From the NCBI GenBank assembly GCA_043823195.1, contig JBDRAZ010000102.1, positions 307 through 64,306 of the forward strand: a DNA stretch of 64,000 bases, given 5' to 3'. Made by a program: the position numbers and the translations under genes. Source of the DNA: an archaeon (GTDB lineage: Archaea > Nanobdellota > Nanobdellia > Woesearchaeales > JBDRAZ01). Within the stretch, counting starts at the first letter, position 1. Each line of letters starts with the position of its first letter. Below the pieces are notes generated by a model that saw only the letters and a list, made by a program, of their open reading frames with translations, was not told the origin of the DNA and ran no database searches. Below, one piece after another: positions 17,743-25,802 of the stretch.

Positions 17743-18132
17743 TTATTTAACCTGTTTCATGACCTTGTCATCCATGATAACCCAGTAGAGCACGTTGCAT
17801 CCGTCAATAACCTCTCCCTTGAGCTCAGTCGGGATTGCAAGATCAAAGGTCTCGTAGGTCTCTGAATCCATGACATTTGCCGTATCGCCGTGAATAGAGA
17901 GGACTTGGGCTGTCTTCTTGTCAATAACCGGGACTTCAACATTGTCGTGCCCAGGCATGACTATTACGCGCTTTTTGGCGTCTATGAGGCCTACTGCGCT
18001 CAGCCTTACCTTTGCGTGACCGTGCTTTCCGGGCCTGCTCACCTGAGTGTCAGTTGTCCTGCATGCCACCCCATCGATGACAATGTAGTTGCCCTTCTGC
18101 AGAGTCCCTATGCTAACCAGTTTGGTAGTCAT
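17743..18132 (-). CDS. eif5a: Translation initiation factor 5A (aIF5A)
   Basis: Hypusine loop 'SRPGKHGHAKVRL'. 129 aa. GGAGGG Shine-Dalgarno and a TTTTATATG box upstream (~18165-18173, minus strand). Confidence 0.9.
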   Translation of the reverse strand: MTTKLVSIGTLQKGNYIVIDGVACRTTDTQVSRPGKHGHAKVRLSAVGLIDAKKRVIVMPGHDNVEVPVIDKKTAQVLSIHGDTANVMDSETYETFDLAIPTELKGEVIDGCNVLYWVIMDDKVMKQVK

Positions 18133-18300
18133 TATAAACCCTCCGACTAGAAAGAAGACATGTCATATAAAAAGCTTTCTATGGCATGGCGCAGCCAACC
18201 TCATGGAGAAACGGCCCAATTCCGGCATTTCATGGAAAAAGCCAAGATCGCTTACATCCGATGCGGGCGGAGGAGTAAATATGCGGGACCATATCAGGGA

Positions 18301-19725
18301 CTAATGGTCCGGCTTTTTTTCACAGTATTCATTATCCTGGCTGACGCGCCACAGATCATGCTGTTCCCTGCCCTCAACTATGTTTCTTGCAGCAAGGATT
18401 CCCGTATAGATTGAATGGTCCATATTATTATACCTAAACATCCCGCCCCTGCCTGCAACCTGCAGATTCGGCATATGCCTTACAGTTTTTCTAAGGCTGG
18501 CTATGCCATTGCTGTAATGGCCGTCATATACGGGGTATGCATCCCTTGCACGCAGAACATTTGCTTTTATGCAATTGCTGCGTTCCGGGATTATTTTTAT
18601 CAGTTTTAGCTCATTTATGGCGAGACCAATTAATTCTTTGTCTGCCATATTCCAGATGTAATCCCCCTCTGAGCAGATGTATTCGCAGCCATATGAAGAA
18701 TGGCTGCTGGCCGCCACCATATCCGGACCCCAGTTATTCAGCACCTGCAGCCTATTGGATTTCACCGAGCTGTCATGCAAATATATCCAGGTGTCTTTAA
18801 ATATATTGGGCTCACTGAATACCAAGCAGACAACAATAAGGCTCCTGAATCTTAATCTGGCTGCAAGAGTCCTGATTTTTTCGGGAGTATGGTCAGTGCA
18901 TGAGATTAGCTCCGGCAGCGGCATGGTGGACACCACATGATCATATGCCTTGGCAGACCTGCCATTTTTTCCCTTTATTCCTGCCACCCACCTGCCATTC
19001 CTGTAGGTCAGCCGATCCACTTTGGATCCTGTAATAACCCTAAAATCCGGATGCGTCTCAATGCCGTGCCTTAGCGAATCATACATCATGCCGGAGCCAT
19101 ATCTTGGATACCTAAACTCCCGTATAAGGCTTTTAACCCTATCATCACTTCCCTGGATGCTGTTGCGAATCACGCTGAAAAGGGATAGCTTCCTTATCCT
19201 CTGGGCCGCCCATTCTGCAGAGATCTGGTCGCAGGGCATCCCCCACACCTTTTCGGTGTAGGTTTTAAAGAAAGTCTCGTACAGCCGCCGGCCAAAACGG
19301 TTTGATATCCATTCTGAAAAATTTTTCTCTTCTTTGAACGGAAAGAGCCTCATTTTCAGATAAGAAAATCCCATAATTAATGATTCAGGCAACCCCAGCT
19401 TGTATACCACATCCCTGATCCGGAGAGGGTAATCGTAGAACTGATTCATGTAATAGATTCTGGAATATCTCTTTACGGCAATAAAATTATCCTTCAGCGC
19501 ATGATTCCAGAGATCGTTTACATCTTTTATCTTGGAGAAAAAGCGATGGCTTCCCAGGTCATATCGGTACCCGTCAAAATCAGCTGTCTTGCTCAGGCCT
19601 CCGACCTGCTCATCTGCCTCGAGAATATCTGCCTTATACCGGTGTGCGCCTTTGGCAGACAACTCATGCGCACAGGCTAAGCCGGCGGGGCCTGCGCCAA
19701 TTATCAGAATATGCGTTTTATGCAT
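18301..19725 (-). CDS. FAD-dependent oxidoreductase (amine-oxidase / UDP-galactopyranose-mutase-like superfamily)
   Basis: N-terminal dinucleotide fold 'ILIIGAGPAGLACAHEL' and 'EADEQVGGLSKT'. 474 aa. Confidence 0.7.
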   Translation of the reverse strand: MHKTHILIIGAGPAGLACAHELSAKGAHRYKADILEADEQVGGLSKTADFDGYRYDLGSHRFFSKIKDVNDLWNHALKDNFIAVKRYSRIYYMNQFYDYPLRIRDVVYKLGLPESLIMGFSYLKMRLFPFKEEKNFSEWISNRFGRRLYETFFKTYTEKVWGMPCDQISAEWAAQRIRKLSLFSVIRNSIQGSDDRVKSLIREFRYPRYGSGMMYDSLRHGIETHPDFRVITGSKVDRLTYRNGRWVAGIKGKNGRSAKAYDHVVSTMPLPELISCTDHTPEKIRTLAARLRFRSLIVVCLVFSEPNIFKDTWIYLHDSSVKSNRLQVLNNWGPDMVAASSHSSYGCEYICSEGDYIWNMADKELIGLAINELKLIKIIPERSNCIKANVLRARDAYPVYDGHYSNGIASLRKTVRHMPNLQVAGRGGMFRYNNMDHSIYTGILAARNIVEGREQHDLWRVSQDNEYCEKKPDH

Positions 19726-19922
19726 GGGTTTGCTGATGGTTATTCATTGATATAGTTTTCCATAGTATATAACCGCCGTGCCGCCTGAATGCAACATTGA
19801 GACAATAGGATTCCAGCCAAGAAAGAGGTGTTGAGCGCCTGAATCCGGAAAACTGAATTCCGGCGGCACATTACCTGCCGCCTTTCCTCAGCAAAGCCGG
19901 ACAATGCGTAAGATTAGGAGCC

Positions 19923-20315
19923 TTAAAGCTCCATTGCAAAGCAGGCAATCATCAGGAAGGTCCCTTCCAGAATGAACAGCACGTAGTAGATCGTGTGGGA
20001 AAGCCAGGACAGTGCAAACCAGTCCATTCCGATGCCGAACCGGTTCAGGACCTGGAGGGCTCCTGCTGCAAGGATCAGGAGTGCAATAAGGAAGGATATC
20101 CAGCCGACTGCGTTGCTGTTTGAGATCTCTATCACGCTGTTGATCATGAGGTAGAAGCCTGCGCCTGCTGCTATGTATGCAAAGATCTGCACCGGCATGA
20201 AGGACAGGGCAAATATTGGCGGACCAATGTTGAAGCTGTTCAGGAGCGGCAACACACCTGAAGCAGTAAGAACTAAACCGATAAGGAAACTAATCCAATC
20301 CTTGGTTTCCATCAT
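19923..20315 (-). CDS. Small 4-TM membrane protein (last gene of the orphan cluster)
   Basis: Four hydrophobic segments. The listed start at 20324 is GTG and sits inside the GAGGTG Shine-Dalgarno. ATG at 20315 (MMETKDW...) is 7 nt downstream of it. Confidence 0.6.
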   Translation of the reverse strand: MMETKDWISFLIGLVLTASGVLPLLNSFNIGPPIFALSFMPVQIFAYIAAGAGFYLMINSVIEISNSNAVGWISFLIALLILAAGALQVLNRFGIGMDWFALSWLSHTIYYVLFILEGTFLMIACFAMEL

Positions 20316-20330
20316 AGTAAACACCTCTTT

Positions 20331-21335
20331 TTATGCAGCTGCTTTCCAGACCCTGGCAGCATCTGATTCAGCCTTTTCGTCAGCTGAGATTAAAACGCGA
20401 AGGGCCTGTGCCTCTTCCTGGGCTGCGGATAGAAGCCTTCGGAACAATGTGTATACCTTTTTTTGCTCCCCGTCAAGAACATCTGTCGGCTCAAGGCTTC
20501 CCTTACGCCACCTGATCAGGTCTGAAAGGTATGAATGGAGTGCGTCCAGAATGCCAAAAATAATCAATAGGTCGCGCTTCTGCGCCCTGTAAGAGTTCTG
20601 GAAGAAGGTGGTGACATGCAGGGTAAAGTTGTCTACCCAGGTGTCATAGTTTTTTTCAAGCTGGTCAACGCGCAGCTTACCGGATTTAAGGTCAGCCAAA
20701 AATTTTCTCCGCATGTTAACCATGCTGCTGTAGTCATTTCCCATCCTGCGCAGCTGGCCCCTGAGCTCCCCGAGGTTGTGGCGCATAGCCATGTATTTGC
20801 CCCATGAGCCCCTGGTTTTCTTTGCTGCAACCTTTACCATGCCCATGAATGACTCCTGCGTGTGGGGCTTTGCATCGTCGATTAAATTGATAACGTCACG
20901 GTACTCGTTCCTGAGTTCACTCTTCCCCTCCTCAAGGGCGCCCACAACCGTCACCTTAAATTTCTTGCCCATCCGCGGGGAAACCCTTTGTCCCCTGCTG
21001 TCAACAATCTTTTTTTCGGCAACCGCCTTAATTAGCTGTACGCAGGCACCCACGATCCGCTCGATCTTGCCAAGCGCAACAGAATCCTCAACTGCTGTTA
21101 TATTAAAAAAGCCCTGGCTTTCCTCCTCTGCTTCACCTGCAAGCTCAGAAAGCTGCTTCTGCTTTGGCATTGCCTCTTCCAGAAGGTGCTCATTTTCAAC
21201 CAGGCGAGGAAGCACTTCAAGGATTGCATCCATCCTTGATGTATCGCGGGTGAGATCCTTGACACTGCGCCTGCCGGCCATGTACATCAGAAACGGACTT
21301 CTTGATTTGAATAGCCTTTTTGTTAAAAACCCCAT
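20331..21335 (-). CDS. Cytoplasmic, highly helical and charged hypothetical protein
   Basis: 334-aa ORF with no hydrophobic segment and no family recognised. It begins with an amphipathic 'MGFLTKRLFK'. Confidence 0.6.
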   Translation of the reverse strand: MGFLTKRLFKSRSPFLMYMAGRRSVKDLTRDTSRMDAILEVLPRLVENEHLLEEAMPKQKQLSELAGEAEEESQGFFNITAVEDSVALGKIERIVGACVQLIKAVAEKKIVDSRGQRVSPRMGKKFKVTVVGALEEGKSELRNEYRDVINLIDDAKPHTQESFMGMVKVAAKKTRGSWGKYMAMRHNLGELRGQLRRMGNDYSSMVNMRRKFLADLKSGKLRVDQLEKNYDTWVDNFTLHVTTFFQNSYRAQKRDLLIIFGILDALHSYLSDLIRWRKGSLEPTDVLDGEQKKVYTLFRRLLSAAQEEAQALRVLISADEKAESDAARVWKAAA

Positions 21336-21379
21336 TTTGATTACCTCTTGCTAACCTATAGTGGTGAATTATTTAAAGC

Positions 21380-23638
21380 TTACGGTCTGGGCCTGCCTAA
21401 GACGCCGTCACAGATCTGGATATCAGACATGCTTTTCGCTGCCTGGCAGGTCTTTTCAATCTCATCAAGCCTTGGCCTTGCCTCTCCCTGGACATCAGGG
21501 TGATCCAGAAGGCCGCCCTTCTGCTTTTTTGAGTTTTGTATTGCGATGAGAATCTTGTTGCAGCAGATCCTGATCTCCTGGGCGCAATGAATTTTTTCCT
21601 CGCTGCTTGCCTGCGCCTGGGCGTGCTTCATCTTGTCCATCCATTCCTTGATCCTTAAGAAGAACCTCTGGTCAACGGGCATTAGCAGGTCTGTAGTCCT
21701 GAACATCCTTCCAAGCTCCTGCTTTTGGCGCCTGGTGAGCCTTGGACCAGGGCCTCTTCTGCCGTCGTCCCTCTGGGCATTTGGATCTGCCTGGATGTCG
21801 TTCAGGTAGGTATCAATCCCGCCCGCAGGGATCTTGCCGCTTGCAACACCCCTCTCAAGCAGGTTGCTGTAAAAAATGTTTGATGAGCCAGGGGTCTTGT
21901 CCTGGAGAACTTCCATGAACTGTTGAACGCGGTCAAGGTTTGCACCGAGTGCAGCCTCTGCTCCAATAGTTGTCTTCTCAAGCTCTTTAACCAGGTCTCG
22001 CATCTTTTCCAGGATTTGCTTAAGTGTGTAGACCTCGTCACGCATATGGGGCTTAAGGCCGTTGTATTCGGTCAGTTCCTGCTGGTATGCCGAAACGATC
22101 TCGGGTGTGTGGGCCTCGGCATAGGCGGGATCCTTGAACCTGTTCACCTGCTGATCGATATGACGGTTCATTTTTGTAAGCTGGTCGTTTGAGTTTCTTG
22201 TGTGGCCCTGCAACTGCTTTAGCTGCACCTGTATATTGGCCCATATGCCCTGGATTGATTTCTTCCTTGGCGAGATGAAATTCTTATCAGCAAAGCTCTG
22301 GCCTTCCTTCTCAACCTCATCACAGAGCTTTATCAGCGGATCCTCAACTGAGTTCTGGAGTTCTTTTACATCGCGGAGAAGCTTGTCTTCCTCAATGAGC
22401 GCCTCGTGAACATCGTGAACATGCGGGTTAGCGGCAACCAATTGCTTCATGCAGACTTTGACTCTGTCCCTGAAGTTGCCAGGCCATGTACCTGGGGGGG
22501 CGTCGAAAATCTCCCGCATCTTAATTAGGATATGGGCAGTGACACTTTCAAGGTGTCCTGTCTGGACCCAGCCCTGAAGGAAACGCTCGAGATCAGCGGC
22601 GTTGGCAAACTCGCTTCTGTCCATCAGCTTTTCCAGGGTTCTTCTGCTGAGCTCTGCTGGCAGGTGCGCAAGCCTCTTCTCAATCTCCTTATAGCGTATT
22701 TCAAGCTGGTTGTGCATCTGCTGAGCTTTTGTTGTGGTATTGATTGCTGTGCCGGCAGGCATACCTGCTAGCTGTCCGAAATCACGCCCTTTCCTCTGGA
22801 AGACCCTGTCCATCTCCTCAGACATGGCAACCTTCTTATCATGATAGACCTTGAGCAGGTGATAGTATTTCTTGATCCTATCCTCAACCCTTGCCTCCTT
22901 CTTCTTTTTCCTCATCGCTCCAAGGAGCAGGAGCAACGGCAGGAGCGCAAGCAGCCACCAGGGGCTGATGTTGCTCAGCGCAGAATCGGATGCTGCTGCC
23001 ACAGCAGTTCCGTTGTCATCACAGATGATTGCGTTAATGAACTTGTCTGCGTCTTCCGGAGGCGTGGTTCTCATCTGACCTATGGTCAGGGGTTTCGTGC
23101 TGATAACGTATCTTCGGTTTTTCTGAAGAACAGGATGATCCCTTTTCTCGGAATCAGTGAGCGAGACGACAGCAGAAACAAGACCGAAATCGGTTGTTTC
23201 CCCCAAGGGATTAGTGAAGTCAAAGCTAAAAGTGGAATCAATGGCAAATATTGAGTCCTCAACCTTTTTAGCCCTTTTTTTGGATAATTCCTTGTTGTAG
23301 GTGTCCTCGCCATCAACGCTTGCAAACGTATAGATATAAATCTGCTTCTTATCACGGGCGCCCATCTCGGTCAGGAACTCGTCAAAGAGTGTTGAGGTCT
23401 TGTAATCATCTGTGTTGTAGACAAAAATACCGTCATGACGGCAGTCGCCATCTGCGACAGCGCCTTCATAACCCAAGGGCGTTACATCACGCGGCGCGAC
23501 TGCACCCTTAGCTGCGAGACCAGTAATCATGCCGTCGATTTCCTTGATTGCGTCATCAACCGAAACATCCACAGTGGCCTGAGCATGGGCAAATGCAACA
23601 GTGAGAACAACCATTATCAGGAGTGCGATATATCTCAT
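21380..23638 (-). CDS. Bitopic protein: signal peptide, extracellular OmpA-like module, one TM and a ~500-aa helical cytoplasmic domain
   Basis: Signal 'MRYIALLIMVVLTVAFAHAQA'. 'TFASVDGEDTYNKELSKKRAKKV' followed ~50 aa later by 'KNRRYVI' (OmpA_C-like pattern). TM 'WWLLALLPLLLLLGAM' followed by 'RKKKKE'. Confidence 0.65.
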   Translation of the reverse strand: MRYIALLIMVVLTVAFAHAQATVDVSVDDAIKEIDGMITGLAAKGAVAPRDVTPLGYEGAVADGDCRHDGIFVYNTDDYKTSTLFDEFLTEMGARDKKQIYIYTFASVDGEDTYNKELSKKRAKKVEDSIFAIDSTFSFDFTNPLGETTDFGLVSAVVSLTDSEKRDHPVLQKNRRYVISTKPLTIGQMRTTPPEDADKFINAIICDDNGTAVAAASDSALSNISPWWLLALLPLLLLLGAMRKKKKEARVEDRIKKYYHLLKVYHDKKVAMSEEMDRVFQRKGRDFGQLAGMPAGTAINTTTKAQQMHNQLEIRYKEIEKRLAHLPAELSRRTLEKLMDRSEFANAADLERFLQGWVQTGHLESVTAHILIKMREIFDAPPGTWPGNFRDRVKVCMKQLVAANPHVHDVHEALIEEDKLLRDVKELQNSVEDPLIKLCDEVEKEGQSFADKNFISPRKKSIQGIWANIQVQLKQLQGHTRNSNDQLTKMNRHIDQQVNRFKDPAYAEAHTPEIVSAYQQELTEYNGLKPHMRDEVYTLKQILEKMRDLVKELEKTTIGAEAALGANLDRVQQFMEVLQDKTPGSSNIFYSNLLERGVASGKIPAGGIDTYLNDIQADPNAQRDDGRRGPGPRLTRRQKQELGRMFRTTDLLMPVDQRFFLRIKEWMDKMKHAQAQASSEEKIHCAQEIRICCNKILIAIQNSKKQKGGLLDHPDVQGEARPRLDEIEKTCQAAKSMSDIQICDGVLGRPRP

Positions 23639-24483
23639 TTTGCCATCCTCATGAGTTCTCTTTTAAGTTTGACCAGGGCATCCATCTTCTGCTGGGGAGT
23701 GAGCTTGCCGTTAGCATTAATAATCCTGGCCTCGCCAAGTATCTCGCCGGGTGTCCTGACGACCTTCTCTTTGACAGTAATCTGCTTCTTTATAGAGGTA
23801 AGGACCGCCCCGCCCGCATCATAGGCATAGGCATCAATTGTGTAGGTGCCTGCTGTCAGGTCGGCTTCCAGCTGAGTGCCGCAGACGGATTTGCTTGTTG
23901 ACTTTACCAGCTGGGCGGCATCATAATTCCCAGTTCCCCTGTATATATACAGCCTGCACTGGGCTCCGCCCGCATCTTCAGTGATCTTGAACTTATGGGT
24001 CCCTGCGTCAATAGCCTTGAGGTCGACCCAGTTGCCGTTCTCCTCGAGCCTGATGACGAGCTTCGCCGTGGTTGTTTTTGCTTGCGCACCTGCTGTGACC
24101 TTTGTAGAAACAGACCCGGCAATATGACTAGGCACTGTGACTATATACTCGCCCGCCGCCACATTAATAAATGTGAAATAGCCGCCAGCTGCGGTCATCT
24201 GCTCACTGACCTTGGAACCCCCCTTGAACAACTGGACAGTTGTTGCAGCAACTCCCCCACCGTTATAGGTGACCTGGCCGGATACTGTTGTGTCCTGCTT
24301 GTTAATCGTGATTTTGAGTCCTGAAGAGAGGTCAATGCTTGTATTGAGCCGGGCAGCTGACTGCTCTGCTGCGGCATTAAGCCTGGCCATCAGTATATCT
24401 GCATAACTGACCGTCGTGGCAGCCAATGATGTAGATGAGACAATCATAAGGATTAACAGTCCGAGCGTTATTTTGTATTTCAT
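23635..24483 (-). CDS. Secreted protein with CarboxypepD_reg-like Ig module
   Basis: Signal 'MKYKITLGLLILMIVSSTSLAA'. 'VSGQVTYNGGGVAATTVQLFKGG...AGGYFTFINVAAGEYIVTV'. ATGA overlaps with both neighbouring genes. Confidence 0.65.
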   Translation of the reverse strand: MKYKITLGLLILMIVSSTSLAATTVSYADILMARLNAAAEQSAARLNTSIDLSSGLKITINKQDTTVSGQVTYNGGGVAATTVQLFKGGSKVSEQMTAAGGYFTFINVAAGEYIVTVPSHIAGSVSTKVTAGAQAKTTTAKLVIRLEENGNWVDLKAIDAGTHKFKITEDAGGAQCRLYIYRGTGNYDAAQLVKSTSKSVCGTQLEADLTAGTYTIDAYAYDAGGAVLTSIKKQITVKEKVVRTPGEILGEARIINANGKLTPQQKMDALVKLKRELMRMAK

Positions 24484-25802
24484 GGTGATGCCTTCAATTC
24501 TTTCTTAATCTCTTCCAGCTGAGTCTGCAGCTCAGCTTTCCGGTCTATCAGCCGGTCAAGCTCTTCCTGCGTCTGAACCTTCTGGAAAGATGTGATGAGC
24601 GCATCCATCTGGTTGGCCAGCTTATCCAACTTGACCTGGGGAGTATCGGTGTTCAATATCTTCACGTCTGTTAGATCAACAGGAATCTTTATTGCAAGGT
24701 TTGTGTTAACGACCTGGGTTTTGGTCTCCTGGCTTGTATAGGTGGTGTCGGCAAGCTTGGGCTTCAGGGTGTAGCTGATTTGTTTGCTAACCTGGGTATC
24801 CTGAACCTGCTGAATCTCAACAGTGAAGTAGTCATTTTCTCCCAGGTCCCTAAGGTCGCCGGGGGCTGTAAGGGCCATGGTCTGCGGGTTTGATGCATCA
24901 ACCTTTATCACCTCGCCGGCCCCGGTTCTCTCCACCACTTTCTTTTGAATTGTGAACTTAAGGATGATTTCGTCGCCAAGTTTTACTTTTTGAACCTGTG
25001 CTCCCCCAACCTCTATTACAACGCTGCTCTGCGGTATTGTGTGGGTTATAGCGTAAATCTCCTGGTCGCCGGTTGCACTGAGCCTTGCAACATTGACAAG
25101 CGAGCCAAATGATGATTTGCTCGCAACATCAAGGCAGGTGTTGATTATGTGCTGTGGAAAGTTATCCTCACTGTCAGTCCAGATGTAGACGAGATTGCTG
25201 TCCACTTTAACTGTATCCCTATTCTGAATATTATTTGCGCCGATTACTTTTAATCCGTATACGTCCCTGACCAGGAAGCATTTGCCTGCCCTGCTGCCCT
25301 GGGCAATGTAGCCGTACATCGTGCCGGTTGCAGTATCCGGTGAGACATGGACAAACTCTGCACCGCCGCACTTTGCCTGTGCCTCCCCCATGATCCAGTT
25401 GTTCTCAAACACCATAACCCTCTTGAGATCAGGATCACCTGTGAATACCTTGGCCGCCTCATGCTTTGCGTTGCCGTCAGCAGTCTTCGAGGTCAGGCAT
25501 TCGCATGCGTACTGAGGGATTGTGCGTATACTGGCAGGATCAGAGCAGTCAAGGCCTGTGCCGGTTGTGTGGCGGAGCGGTTCGGGGACAAGGCCGGTAT
25601 CGTCTATCCCTGAGTCGCGATCCAGGCCAAGGGCCAGGTTAATCTCTTCAATTGCTTGAGCTGACATTCGGCCGATATAGATGGCCTTATCAAGTGCATC
25701 CTGATATTTCAGGTTAAGCTGATTCGGAGGCATAGGCTCTTCTGCCAAAACTGCTGTGCAAAGCACTATTACTATAACTATAATAGGGATGATGTATCTC
25801 AT
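24480..25802 (-). CDS. Secreted Cys-containing hypothetical protein with C-terminal coiled-coil helix
   Basis: Signal 'MRYIIPIIVIVIVLCTAVLAEE'. The C-terminus reads '...LDKLANQMDALITSFQKVQTQEELDRLIDRKAELQTQLEEIKKELKASP'. Confidence 0.6.
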   Translation of the reverse strand: MRYIIPIIVIVIVLCTAVLAEEPMPPNQLNLKYQDALDKAIYIGRMSAQAIEEINLALGLDRDSGIDDTGLVPEPLRHTTGTGLDCSDPASIRTIPQYACECLTSKTADGNAKHEAAKVFTGDPDLKRVMVFENNWIMGEAQAKCGGAEFVHVSPDTATGTMYGYIAQGSRAGKCFLVRDVYGLKVIGANNIQNRDTVKVDSNLVYIWTDSEDNFPQHIINTCLDVASKSSFGSLVNVARLSATGDQEIYAITHTIPQSSVVIEVGGAQVQKVKLGDEIILKFTIQKKVVERTGAGEVIKVDASNPQTMALTAPGDLRDLGENDYFTVEIQQVQDTQVSKQISYTLKPKLADTTYTSQETKTQVVNTNLAIKIPVDLTDVKILNTDTPQVKLDKLANQMDALITSFQKVQTQEELDRLIDRKAELQTQLEEIKKELKASP

